64,000 nucleotides of DNA from Lama guanicoe (Eukaryota): NCBI GenBank assembly GCA_013239625.1, contig MU054187.1, forward strand, positions 4,289,757 to 4,353,756. The letters are read 5' to 3'. Positions 26,409 to 39,500 of this stretch are shown one piece after another. The stretch's first letter is position 1, and every line of letters begins with the position of its first letter. The notes under the pieces were generated by a model, which saw only the letters and a program-made list of their open reading frames with translations, was not told where the DNA came from and did no database searches. The position numbers and the translations under genes are program-made.

Positions 26409-26631
26409 GCTCTGGGTTTCTCTGACTAAGTCTAGGGAGACCAGATTTCCATCTCACGAGGCGGCTCTTTGCCCTCTGCGTGCCGGCATATGGGGGGCTG
26501 TGAGGTGTGTGTCCAGAAGGAAATCCTCTGATGCCGTGAAGACTAACCTCCGCGCTCTGGCGTCAGTGCTGCCCTTCTGGCCTTGGAACTCCGTGCCATA
26601 TGGTGTGCATCCCCAGGCTCTGAGCACAGGG
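26409..26631 (+). other. Candidate internal exon of the TATA-driven transcript
   Basis: Branch-like GCTAAC 26381-26386, pyrimidine tract, CAG 26406-26408; donor GGG|GTATGG; one frame has no stop. Confidence 0.35.
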
Positions 26632-26894
26632 GTATGGTTTCGACAAGGGAAAATGTTAACAGGCATTGCAGGGCGATGACGAGGTTACAGAGACATAGGG
26701 TTCTGAACGTGATGGTGACAGATGGTTCTCTCAAGGACCCTGAAGGAAACAAAGGCAATCCTTATCCCCCAGCTCCCTGAAATCCTCCCCAGGGGGTGCT
26801 TGTGAACCTCTATCAGTCACCCTCATTCATTACCCAACTTTTAATCTGACATCATTTTTTTTGTTTGTTTGTTTTGCCAATTCCCTTTTCTAGT

Positions 26895-27075
26895 GCTGCG
26901 CTATTCAATACAATAGCCACTGGCTCCATGTGGATGTTTCAGATTCAACTAAAATCAATGAAAATCAAATAAAATTTAAGTACAGCTCAATCACGCTAGC
27001 CATGTGTCAAGTGTTTAGCAGCCACATGTGGCTGGCAGCTACTGTACGGGCCAGGAGAAAAGAGTGCTGTTCTGG
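26895..27075. mobile_element. MER3-like hAT-Charlie DNA transposon remnant
   Basis: gcgctattcaatacaatagccactggctccatgtgg...gctagccatgtgtcaagtgtttagcagccacatgtggctggcagctactgta. Confidence 0.75.
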
Positions 27076-27282
27076 AATATGACTCTCCATTCCCACCACT
27101 TCCATCATGATCCACTCCGGAATCACTGGAATCTCATAATGGCATTCTTACTCTTGGATTTATAACCTCTGTCTTTTTCCATTTCCACCCACACCCTCCA
27201 CTGACTAATCTAGTCCACACACATTTTTTTCAACTTTTGAATTGTCACTATTCGAAACGTTTCCTTTTCCAACATACCGCAG

Positions 27283-27525
27283 TGCCTCTCAAGACCAAGT
27301 TCTCAGGCGATGGTTCAAAAATCTTTAGCTACTGCTTCAAAGTCCATGATATTGAGCCAGATGACTCAAGAGTTCAAGAGATGCTCTCAGGCCAAAAAGA
27401 GTTATCATAGTTATTCAGTTTTTAATAAAGGACCTACAATGTTTAGAGTCTGCAACATCAAATCATTTAAGATCAATGTCCATTTAATTTCCTTTGAGAA
27501 GTGATTAAAGCCATTGGAGCACTGC
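27283..27525 (+). other. Candidate terminal exon
   Basis: tttccttttccaacataccgcag acceptor; ORF 27310-27504 with GCGATGG Kozak context; AATAAA 27424-27429 and ATTAAA 27504-27509. Confidence 0.3.
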
Positions 27526-28399
27526 CATTCCAGGAATGTGCGAATATATGCACTAATGATAGCCAGGGCTTACTGAATACATAAGAGAGCTCAGGTATTG
27601 GGTAACCACTAAGTGGGCACCGGATTAATATATAAAATAAGAGCTGCTACCTCAGGAATCTTCTCCTCAAGTCAACAAGGACTTCAGGTCCTAGAGAAGA
27701 TGGTAAGCTTGTCCAAGCTGCTGCCTTCCCCTCCTGAACCCACCCTAGAGAGGACACAAAAGGGAGGAGGTTATTTCATCTCTGAACGTAACATGAAGCC
27801 CTGAGGAATGCTTCAAGAGAGAACTGTATTCCTGTTCTGAAGAGAAACAGTAAGTTAGACAGTCAGAGAGTCAGTCACCGGAGACAGGAGACAGGCTGGG
27901 AAGAGGCCACTCCAGCTGTGCCCTCTCCTCTTTCACACCCTCACTCCACACATAAGGTTGGCCATGATCTGCCCGGTGCCTTCTGAGCCAAAGGAAAGCC
28001 ACACACTGGCGTGTGCCAGCAGGAGACAAGGTGCCACGGGAGGGCACTGAGGTCTGCACAGGGCAAGAGATGCGGAAGGGATGGTCACTCTAGGAGTCTT
28101 CTCTCCCCTCCATCCTCCTAATTAAGAAATCACCAGAGGACACCATCATGGAGGAGGGCAGAATGTAGCAGAGCTGCTGGGGTTTCTCCAGGAAAAAGAC
28201 TCATCAGAGGAGGAGAGGAAATGGGGATTCATGGATCTTAAATTTCAAGTCCAGGAACTCCTCTGTCCTGAGCCCCCAGACCCCAAATCCAAATCTCCTA
28301 GGAGAAAGAACAAGCTGGGGTTTCAGATCGTTTCCCTTTTCCCAGACCTATGTCACCAGGAACAGAGAATTCCGAGGGGAATAAGAACTCAAAGGGAAA

Positions 28400-31000
28400 A
28401 CAGAATAATATTTAAGAAGCATCAGCACTTTAAACAGGAAGAAACTCAACATAGCAAGGGTCACAGAATTAATTGACCAGCCAGCACAGGAATTTCAAGT
28501 GAGCACAAATAAGTATCTTTGGAGCTGTAAGAAGGACACTGGAAACATGAGGCAAGAGCGCAAAGTAACGGAATGTTCCACTGGGATTACTGATGTGAGA
28601 AAATGTAACTATTGAGATAAAGAACACAATGGATGGGTTGAATAATAGACTATACCAAGAAAGTAGCGTGTTACCATGCTGGGAGGTGCAGTTGAGGAAG
28701 TCTCAGGCATCAGAAAAGGATTAAGTGATAGAGAGAATGAGGAAAACCTCAAGAGATAAGGATAGAAATACAAGTGTCAATGTGCCTCTAACAGGAGTCC
28801 CAGAAGAAAAGAATGAGCAAGTCAGGTGGGCGGGGGAGGGGGGATATATGAGAAAACATTTCCTTAAAATTTCCCAGATGCAAACAAAGAAGGCTGAACA
28901 GGACAGATCAGCAAACCTCAACTGCCAGACCCATTAGGGTCGTGTTCAACGAAATCAATGGCAGAGAGCATCCTAAAATCTTCTGGAAAGGAACAGGAGA
29001 GCACTTCAAAGAAACATCAGATTTCACAACAGTAACACTGCATGGAAGAGAGCAATGAAGTAATGGTTTCAAAGCACAAAAGACCAAGAGCTAAGCTCTC
29101 ATCTAAAGGGAGGGTAAAATGAAGATGTTATCAGGCATGCTAAGCCTCACACGGTTGGTCATACAGACTCTCTGAGGGGGGCTCTTCACAGTGAGCAGTG
29201 GGCAATAAAATACAAGGGACTAGAAATTTCACAATTTCATAATTATCTAAGTTAGCAATGGCTAACATATATGTCTTCATAAAACTCTAAAAATAGTTTA
29301 ACATGACAAGTATTGGGGAGACACTAGGAAAAAGATACAAACCAAGAGCTTGGGTCCATCGAGAGGAAGACTTAGTCACCAGGAAGCTTTAGAAAATGGC
29401 AAGAAAAATGAACAAAAGTTTGGTAATTGGGAAATTGCCATGATAATAATGATAAAATGTTGACCTTCTATAAAAATAAGAAGGAAACTTTATAGATCCA
29501 ATTGAAGATTGGAATTTACAAGAAAAATAGACAGATATGAGGTAAATAAAGACATGAAATAAAATAGTAGAAATCACTTTTAATTGACAGCAATTACCAA
29601 ATAAAGCTTAAATGAAGTAAGAGAAAAACTCACATTGAACGAAAATGAAAATTATCAATGTATTATTTAAAAGAAGCACATTTAAACAAAAAGCCAGAGA
29701 AAGTCTGAAAATAAAAGTAGAGGAAAACATGTACTTTGAAATGCTGGTGAAAAACCACATTCTCAGTCCCCCCGCAACCTCAAAATAACTGCCAGTGCCA
29801 GGTGGTTTTACAGCTGAAGGGTGCCGAGCTTTCCAGGAACGGATTATCTTATACTAGATCCATAGAACAGAGAAAAGATAAAGCTGCCAAATGTATTTAT
29901 GATGCTACTGTCAGAGCAGTACAAAGAGGAAAATTGTTAAGACAGCTTCACATAAACGTAAGCATTTGTATAATGAAATTATACAATCTAAGAGTTTAAA
30001 GAAGAAAAATGCATCATACCAAGTTTTATCCTATCCCAGGGATCCAAGGATGGTTTAACATCCAAAAAACAAAAAAGCATCTAAAATTGAAAAACCACGG
30101 AGCAGTAGAAAAAATACTTAAAATATTCAAAACCTATTTGGGTTAAAAACTGTTACACTGAGAATCTAACAACTCATTTTGAGTGAAGAAACTTTAGAAG
30201 CGTTTCCTATAAGTGTCAGCATGGTACTGATGGCCAAAGAGGAAAGATATGGAAAAGTAATAGGTGGAGTAAGGATGAAAACAGAATAATAAAATAATCA
30301 AATACTTACAGGCCATCGTGGGTACTGAATTCAGGATCAGTAGTAAGTCTCTGTAACAGGAAATAGCCAACTAGGAAACATGAAAGAAAATGAGGTACCA
30401 CTCACAATTGTAACAAAATACAAAGAATGAGAAGCCCCGTAGCATGGAATGCGCGTGACCTCTGTGGAGAAACGCACTCAGATTCTATTAAGGAAGTGAA
30501 AGAAAACCTAACAAATAGAATACAGACTTGATTCATAGATGGGAAGTTTAAAATTAAGACGGTGTCCATCTCCATAAATTATTCAGCTAGGTTAAACCAC
30601 TTGGAATAAATTCCCCAGCAGAATTTTGGAGGGAAATTTTCTTGTGATTCTAAAAATTATGCAAAATAATACATTTCCTCAAATACCGAAGATATTTTTT
30701 CAGAAATAAGAGTAATAAGGTTAGTCCAGCACAAGTACATATGGAACAGTGGAACAAGACACTGATCCCAGAAACGCACTTGGAAATGTGGTACACGACA
30801 GCTCTGTCACTGAAAATCACTAGCGGAAATGTGGATTAAGTAGATGATGTTGGTAATAATGGTTGATATATAATGTCAAAATAAAGCTGGATTCCTACCT
30901 CAAAAATCGTCCACCAACTTCAAATTCATAAATGCCCAAATATGAAAGGTAAAACTTCTGAAGCTAAACAGTAAGAGAATAGAAAAAAGCATACTTAAAT
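28400..31000 (+). mobile_element. Highly decayed ancient L1 (L1ME/HAL1-like) ORF1-ORF2 remnants
   Basis: A-rich strand; ORF1-like 'VPLTGVPEEKNE' (28725-28937); ORF2 motifs such as cccagggatccaaggatggtttaacatc and aataaagctggattcctacctca. Confidence 0.7.
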
Positions 31001-31419
31001 GACTTTAGAATATATGAAATATTTTATAACTTCTAATTTGAGAGATATCTTAAATTGAGGTTTTAAAAAAATATATTGATCCATCTATTCATGTATCTAT
31101 GATATTACAGTGATATATTTATGAATCAGAATAATGATTTGACACTTTCTTTGTGTAAGACTTTTGAAAATTGCATTGAGTTTCTTCCCTCCGACCGTGC
31201 ACCACGTCACACCATCAGCCACGCTCTCCCGGAGCTGGGCACCAGAGCTGGGGGGCCGGGAGGGTGGCCGGGCTCTCCACCCTCTTCTCTGCCCTCTTGC
31301 AGCCCAGATGCTGCCACAGCCACCACACCCCCAGCCCTCTCCCGGGAAAATAATGGTAGAAATGTGTGGAGCGAGAGTTCTGTCTCTCAGCGAGCTGGGC
31401 ACCTTATGATAAACGTATC

Positions 31420-31960
31420 AACCTTTGTATCTACCACATTGAATCTGGCAGTTCCATCCCTAGGTCTGTCTTAGAGAAGTTCCTGCCTAAATCCGTCATG
31501 ACACACATAGAAGAATATTCATCACAGCATTGGCTACGGCAGCAAGGAGTTGGAAGCCACACAGGGGTTCATCAGTGGAGGAAAAGATAATTACTGTGAT
31601 ATGCACATTGAGTAACACGCTTTGCCATAGTCAGAGATAATTAACTCATGTTCCTAGAGCAACACGGCTAGAACAGAAGGATTTGAAATGGGGAAGAAAA
31701 GGAAACACAGCAGAAGGAGATCCATGCACAGTGCAATCTGTGTAATTTTTAGAAACACACGCACAGATATGCTGACAGTTTTCGAGGATACAGTTACATG
31801 CATTGACATAAACACAGAGGATGAATTGGAGAGAGGCATGTTAAACATATTAGGATGAGGCGGAAAGGAGGAAAACAACATATGAGCGAGCAAAAGAAGT
31901 GCCTGCAGAAACATATGACAAAGATCTGCCATATGGTGAAGCCAGTGCTGAGCCCTTGAG
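31420..31960 (+). mobile_element. Old L1ME 3' end remnant
   Basis: aagaatattcatcacagcattg...ttcatcagtggaggaaaagataa. Confidence 0.5.
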
Positions 31961-32059
31961 GTCCAAAAATAAATAAATAAAATTGTCAGGGGGCGGGGCT
32001 CCCCGATGGGGAAAGGCATCCGTCTTCAGGATGGACCCAAGGCAGCACCGACTAGCACT

Positions 32060-32240
32060 CAGGGCAGGGGGCCTGGACCCAGACTTTCCAAGCTGAAGCC
32101 CAGCCCTACAACGGAAAGTCTAGGAGAGTTACTTCCAGCCTTAGTCTACTCGTCTGTGAAAGGTGGATCCCACACCATGGGACTGATGGGTGGACAAAAC
32201 AAGTGCATATTTGTAAGGCGGGGTAGAGTAAGTATTTGGT
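32060..32240 (+). mobile_element. MIR fragment
   Basis: gagttacttccagccttagtctactcgtctgtgaaaggtg (CORE-like). Confidence 0.45.
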
Positions 32241-33149
32241 TTAAAAATGCATGGTAACTTTTACAGCCTTTCTCAGTAGAACCACTGGCAGTGCTCTGCA
32301 GTGTTTTAAAGCAGATACACAAAGAGCTTGCTGGAAGCTGACTACATTTCAGAACAGTGAAAAGCACACATGATGAAAAAACAATTTACACCATGCCCTT
32401 CTGAACCTTCAGGATAAAAGGAACTCAATTTGAGAGGGGAACTGACAATGTGTTTCAGTGAATCATCATGCTAAATGCTTTTGTTCACTTTTTTGTTTGT
32501 TTTTGACAGTCTCTAAGGAAAATATGTCAAAAAATATTAGCTAATGAATCACTAACTGAGGTGTTTATAATTTATTATATCTACTTCCAAACAAGCAAGT
32601 TTGGTCTAACAACTTCTTACTAAATTCTTGGTTTACTAACCACAGCCCTCAATCGCCAATGTTTAATTTTTTATTTAAAGATCTCTTGCTTCGGGTCTTT
32701 CTTTACAAGTTGGCCAAGTTGGTTATACATTTATGTTTTCAATGAATAATTGGCTGTCTTACATTTCTAACAAATCTGAAAATCCTGTGGTTGGATTGTC
32801 TTCACCTACTTGCCTCCCAGCCGACAGAAGGAACCCGGAAGGAACTTAACTGCTTCCCTCCAAAATGGCAGTTGGGATGAAATGAACTTCCAGTTCTGGA
32901 AAGTGCTTAGCAGCCTTGCAATGGCTGTTTTATGTCACAGCGCAAAAGCTCACTCAATGCTGATGGCACAATAAACTTGTCCTATGGATTTACAGGCTCA
33001 GGAAAACCTTCTGGACCACAGAACAATATGTTTTGTCTTCCATCTTCATTACTACTTGCATCATTTAGAAAATGGATTTAAAGTACTGGGCGTCTTATCT
33101 TCTGATGCTATAATCCTACATTAAGTACCCTTCTAACAGAGACGATAGC

Positions 33150-33335
33150 CACTTATTAAGTTTTCTTTATGAGCTAAACACAGAACTAAAGACTGCAAGT
33201 CACTATGGTTGGCTCATGTAACAACGGTGCAACGTAGGTATTCATGTTATCCTACATGGAGATGAAAAAATGGTGTCCGAAAAGTTAAGCTCCTCACCCA
33301 AGGCCACGCAGCAGGAAGGGTGTTAACAGAGCAGT
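33150..33335 (-). mobile_element. MIR fragment
   Basis: gtaggtatt...gagatgaaaaaatggtgtccgaaaagttaagctcctcacccaaggccacgcagc. Confidence 0.65.
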
Positions 33336-34384
33336 TAGCACCCTTCACCCTGCGTCCTTCGCATCTCTGATAGGACCAGGCAGAGGGCCCCATAACCCAG
33401 CCTCCTGGAGGGACCAGTCCACTCTGAATCCGGGTCTCTGCAGATAACATCTTTTGGTTCTTGGCACAGAAGACAGAAGATTCTATTCTGCCCTCACAGT
33501 TTTTCATTTTCTCTCACTGGATGGTCCTGTCTATTCAAGGCCTTAGCACACTATGCCCAGTCTCTGAGTTGGTGCAATCGTTTTGCCTTCATTTTGCCCA
33601 ACTTGAGCCCTTATCTCGTAGTCACAGTCTTGTGTGAGGAAGACTTCTGAATGCCAGGATGGGACCCTATGCTCTCTGCTGTGCTTATCTGGTGAGAACC
33701 TTGTCTAGTCTCTATCCATGTCCTTCACTTTACTTGGACTTCCAGACACTTATCCTAGACTGTCCCTTCCTCTCCTGCATCATGTTGAACCTGGCTCTAA
33801 GCTTGGCTTCTCCTGGGGTCCTACTTGGCTCCCACTGATACCCTCACCCTGTGACAGCCATACCTGATGCTCATTACCTGGGTACTTGTTCAAAAGCCTT
33901 CCTGGGGCTGTAAGATGACATCAATCCTTCTGCCTTTTGTCTGGTTTGGTTTTGTTACTTACAAAAGATCCGTTGATAAGAGAACCACAGACGTGGGCAT
34001 GTTCTTTCCTAAAATTATAGTTCAAAATCTTGCCCATCTATTCTCATCAAGAACTCTCACCTGAACACTCCTACCAGGGTCATCCTGAGAGAGAGCTGGC
34101 GGTGTGGAAGCATCTGGGCTGCAGGAAGGCAGGGAAGAGGGCAGAGAGTGGCTCTCCCCTCTCTATTCCCCTGGACTCCTGTCACCCACCGCAGGGATGG
34201 GGCCAGGACAGCACGTGGTGAGGTGGACCCTCTATGGAAACAAACTCAAGTTATGATTTTCCAAAGTCTTAAGAAACTGCTATATCATTGTATCAGTTCA
34301 TACACATAAGTTTTGGAACTGAACTTAAGATATTTCTTATATTAGAAGTGATGAAATACTGTGGATCCCTATCTTCTGTAGGTT

Positions 34385-34555
34385 TGCTCCTCCAAGTGTG
34401 GACTTGAGCCCAGTTTCACAAGCAACACCAGGGAGCCTGTGGGGAAAGCAGGTCTCAGGCTCCTTGCCTGAGCTGAGGAATTGACGTCTGTATTTTTTCA
34501 ACAAGATCCCCAGGGCACCAGTGTGTATATGAGACTTGGAGTAGTGCTGTTCTAA
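34385..34555. mobile_element. MER5-like hAT-Charlie DNA transposon remnant
   Basis: ctccaagtgtgga...caccagggagcctg...tctgtattttttcaacaagatccccagg. Confidence 0.6.
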
Positions 34556-35479
34556 TCCTTTATTCTTTCTCAAAAGAGGTTTCAAGCAGGAATCTGGAAT
34601 ACGTTTACACGATAACAGAAAGGATTTCGTATTCATGAATGACACGGTGTGTTGGAGACAAAATGCGTCTGAGTGAGTCCGCTCCACCTCACCGGCCATC
34701 CACACCGCCTTACCCTCAGGCTCAGTTTGCCTCGTCCCTCACCTTCCAAGGGAACTGCTAGTCTGGTTCGTTGACTTTGAAAAGTAGACTTGGAAGAATC
34801 CACCTTGGCAGAGAGAAATAAAGACCAGGAAAGAAAGGAAAAGAGCAGAACGGCCTCCCCTGGGTGGGGGGCTTGGGCACAGCTGGAGGGAGAGAGCAGA
34901 GCGATGAGACATCCAGCCTGGCCACATCTGGACCAGACGAGAGCTAGAGGTCATCGCACTAGAGGTCATCGCATGGGAGCACATGGCAGGTCCTGGGAGC
35001 AGGTGCGGGGCCAGAGAGGGGGCGACTTTCAGGGAGCGAGGCAACCACCACGGCAAAGCCAGGTGGGCTTAACAGCTTTTGTTTTAAATGTTTACAGGAT
35101 TGTCTTAAATTGAAATTCTTCTGTCTGATCCTTCCCTCAGCACCGTGTTCCCGTTTTCATCTTAAACTTCAAGAGGATTAATTTCCAGGTGATGAGGAAA
35201 TTGATCCATCGCTTCTCAGAGCTGTATCTCCCACGCTCTCACAGGCTCGGGCACTGAGCGTGCACACCCGCAGTTGTCATTCTGCTGTTACTCTGTAGAA
35301 CTGTTATTTGGCTCCCACGTTTAGTGGCTTTTTATAACTGCAGTGGGTTACGTAATGTACAGAAAGTTATTACTGCCCCCAGGGAGACAAAATGGACAGT
35401 TGTGTCTTTTCCTCACCACCTGTGAGCCTGACCTACAGGCTCAGGATGTTCCTCTTGCGGTTTTCTGTGAAGCATTAAA

Positions 35480-35982
35480 GCATTTTTAAAGAACATTCTA
35501 CACAATTCCATATCCCTAAAATGCCAGAACAGGAAAATTTACTCGACGGTAAAAAGAAAATCAAATCAATGACAGCTCCAGGGGAACCAGAGGGGGTGAT
35601 CTACTGAGAAAGGGCTTGAAGAAACTTCCTGGAGTGATGACAATGCCCTGTATCTTGGTAAAAGTTTGGTTTGCAAAGTCAAATCTATCCAGATGGTACC
35701 CTTAATATGTGTGTAATTTAATGCAAGTGTTACCTCAGAAGGAAGTAAAAAAAAAAAAATTTGAGCCCAGATGAATAACCTGCATTCTGAAGTAGGTGGC
35801 AGGAATTGTAATGACGCTTGCACCTTTGAATTTCATCTAAAGATAAATTGAAGCACGGAAAACAAGTAGGTGAATAAGTAAATGTGTGGATAACGCACAG
35901 ATAAGGATAGATAAAGACTGACTACACGTTGTAAAATCTAGGTGGTATATATAGGGATGTTCACTACACAGTCCTCTCATTG
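35480..35982 (+). mobile_element. L1MC/L1ME 3' UTR fragments
   Basis: gaaacttcctggagtgatgacaatgccctgtatcttg; tgtaaaatctaggtggtatatatagggatgttcact. Confidence 0.65.
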
Positions 35983-36205
35983 CTTTTCATAGTCTTTTTC
36001 ATTAAGGTCACTACAAGATATTGAATACAGTTCCCTGTGCTGTACAGTAGAAACTTGTTTATCTATTTTACGTATAGTAGTTAGTGTCTGAAAATCCCAA
36101 ACTCCCAAGAATATGAATAGGAATATATGTATGTATATGTATGAACACCAGAAATTGGCATAACATTATAAACTGACTATACTTCAATAAAAACGTGAAA
36201 AAAAA
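35983..36205. mobile_element. Short young L1 insertion with 5' inversion (twin-priming structure)
   Basis: 35983-36106 is an antisense L1 3' UTR segment; 36107-36205 is the adjacent sense segment ending tatacttcaataaaa plus an A-tail (compare the intact antisense copy at 3428-3642). Confidence 0.8.
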
Positions 36206-36590
36206 CCATTGGAAATAACTCAAATGTCCTTTCATAGGTACATGATTAAATACGTGACAGTGCAGGCAGAAGATACAATACTGTACAAATTAAAAAAAAA
36301 AAGAACATGAGAATCCATTACATACCCGTAGGGAAGGATCCTCAGGGCAATAGTGCTATTGTTAAGTTAAAAAAAACAACTGCAGAATAAAATATACAGT
36401 GTGCAGTCATTTGTGTCAAAATTGAGGTGGGAAAAGGAATACTGGTGCTGACTCTTGCGTTAAATATCTCAGTAGCGATGAAGAAAACATCAATAAAATG
36501 AAGGGAAAAAGCAGGATGGAAGGATGAGAAGCAGCGGTGGGAAGGAGTCATTCACTATGTTCCTTTATATCCTTTTTCCTATTTGAACTC
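36206..36590 (+). mobile_element. Old L1ME 3' fragment
   Basis: ttggaaataactcaaatgtcc...gggaaggatcctcagggcaatagtg...ttaagttaaaaaaa. Confidence 0.6.
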
Positions 36591-39500
36591 TGACCTCTTT
36601 ATCTGTGTGTCTACAGAAAAAGCAAATCATTCTAAAAGGCATGAGATGGAAGATGATGGATAGGTTTGTATTCAGAAAATAAAAGCCTCTCTGGGTACCA
36701 GGATCCACTCTCCTGATAGGACTGCCTGGAAATGATAAATGATTATTTTTATCTCATTAGCATATTCGATGTCTGCGCATCTAGCACAGGAGACAAGCAA
36801 CCTGCACAGAGAGCATAAAGCACAAGTTAACTATTGTCATCTGGGAAATGCTGGGAGTTGGCCGAAGCAAAGGCGCAGGAACGTGGAACAAAGGAACACT
36901 GAATATCTGGGTGTTTCTAGGACACGTTAAAAGTCCCTATAGTGGCCTGACGGGGTGGATGAGGCCGGGTCACGGAGGACTTTCAATGCAAAACTTGGCA
37001 TGAGCTGCCTGGTTTTCCATGGAGCAGTGAACACGTGGGAGCACACGATTTCAGGACAACCTCAACCTTGGCCCCCTTATTCTGTCATCATTTTACATAA
37101 ATGCAATGTTTCCATCCTTTTGATAGAAACACCTTAGGATATCATAAAACAGCTGCTTAGGTAACAGAGTACTTTGCATAAACTCCCTATGTTTTCTTAA
37201 GAGTGCTGCTAAACAGCAAAACCCCCAGGAAGCGGCGTTGTCTAAGTATTTTGAAGCTATACTGGGGCAAAGTTCAGGACAAAAACCGAGTTTGAGGAAT
37301 TGCAATAAGCAAGCATCGTGATCCTCCCTAGACACTGTATTTCCTGGTGCTGAACACAGTTGGATAAACACATAAGCATTTTAATAGGTAGAAGGTCAAC
37401 CTAGAGTGTTTGCATTTTCTTTGCGTTTCTGTAGAGAACAGCTTTGAAATGCCTTCTTTTGCAGATGAAGTGAAGATGTCAGGGACTCAAGCAACATCAC
37501 CTCAGACCTGCTTACACACTCCTGGAGTGTCTAGCTGTTCGTGTCATTTTGATAGATACAGCCAACCACGACAACCAGCAGAATCATAGCAAAAGACTGT
37601 GAGAAGTGCCATCGGGAAGGACTTTGTGGAGGAAAGAAGAGCAGAGAGAGGGACCATCAGGAAGGGGATGGTCATGTTCACTGGCACCCAGGTCAGCCAG
37701 GTCCACTGTCCAAGGGCCAGTGTGGTCGGGGTGCTCATCCACTCCAGCCCTGGCCTCTGTACCCTAGAGGGAGGCAGGCAAGAATACGTCAACCAGTACT
37801 ATTTCAAGAAGCTAAGTCCCAGGGAAAATTCACATGCTGACTTAGTTTTGCATATACATGTGAGTTTCCTTAAGAAAGTGAGGCCCATCAGGCAATATCT
37901 GGCAGACAGCTCGGGCTTTCTGTGTGCCTAGCATCGTGCTAGGTTATACCTGGAGGCATCCTGAGGACTGAGATCACATTTCTAAAAGTCACACGCTCGC
38001 TCACCACGCCGTACCTCCTAGAAACACACACACGCATGCGCTCACAGGCTGGGCTGGCAGCCAAGTATCCAACTCTCTCTCTCACTATAGTGTCTGCTCT
38101 TCAGTCATCAGACTGACCTGCTGTGCTTAAGAATATGCGTAAACAGAACAAAAATATTCGTGGAAAGTTCTCTTGATTAGAGAACATATTTAGAGTTATA
38201 CAACTTAACAAAAAATTCTTTCCTATCTCTAGATTCTGTAATGAAGATAAGAACCACACGATGGATAAACTGCAAAGCTCCGTGTTGTCCTCAGATCCGC
38301 TGAGTCACCGTGTCACACGCTGAGCAATTCCCCGCGGGGGCTCAAGGGCCACGGCTCTGCCGGTGGAGGAGTTCATGTGCGTAATTCAGGTTCTCGAGAA
38401 GCAACGACGTGGTGGTGTCTCCTGCAGCCCCTGCCCCTCAGATAAGCCCCCCTCGTCCCACATAGATTCCAGCCAAGATCTCCCCTCTTGGGGACAACGC
38501 AGGGAGTTAGAAGTCGTGTCCTTCAGAGGGAAGATGACTTAGCAGCTCTAGTAATTAGGTGGGTGAGCAGGAAGGGCTGTGTGCTCTAGACGGCGGCCAA
38601 TGCACGCTCATCCTTGGAAAAGATGCAAAGCTTCAGTGTGCTGGGGTATTCCTGGTCTCACTGCTCACGCTGTGTGGTGGCGAGACCTGACTGAGACCAC
38701 AGTTCTATTAGATTGTTTTACTAGATATTGATTTTTCTATCTGATTATCATTCTCTCTCTTATCAGTTCGACTCTTCATTAATAACCGGACGTGATGCCA
38801 CATGCTTTACATACGCTATTTCATTTACTCTTCTGTCCGCCCTGTGAGTTAGCTACCACCATTATCCTCACTTCTTAGAGAGGAAAAGTGAAGTATCTTG
38901 CCAAGTGTCACATACCAAGCGAATGGGACCATGGGACTCAAAGGCGGGCAGCTGGGCCACCGCAGACACACACAGGCTGCCCCCGAACATCCTGGGGTCG
39001 GTGAGTTCCTCATGCTTGGGCAGCAGCCTCACAGATCCGGGAAGATGCATCACACAGTAGGCAAACTCGAGGTCACGGTCTTCCAGATCTCAGAGAGGAA
39101 AGGCAGGCAGCAGTGTTGGAGTCAGTTTTCTTCCCAAGAAGTGCAGGCTGGGTAAGAACACAGGGAGGAAAATTACAAGTCCACCAGAACGCCTGGTGCG
39201 AGAAGCACGTCAAAGACTCTGGTGGACAGCCAGGCGCCATCAAGCTCTAGAGATGGAACTGACCATCGGACAGATTCCCGGGAGACTTTTGTCACCAACT
39301 CCTAGGACTCCCAGCCTGGTACGTGGGTCCTTGTCATGGTGCCATCAGGCACTGAAAGACTGCCGCCGCCAGTCCTTGGGCTGGGACGCAGCAGGCGCCT
39401 CCTGGCACAGCAGTGCTGGGACCAGCCTTCATGCATAGAAATGGTCAGACGTTTGTCCACCTATAATAGTGGTCTGAGGCGTTAATCCTTCCACAAATAG

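Noticed and set aside
28400..31000. Intact or active LINE-1
   Set aside because: Only short, stop-riddled remnants; no continuous ORF1/ORF2 anywhere in the window.
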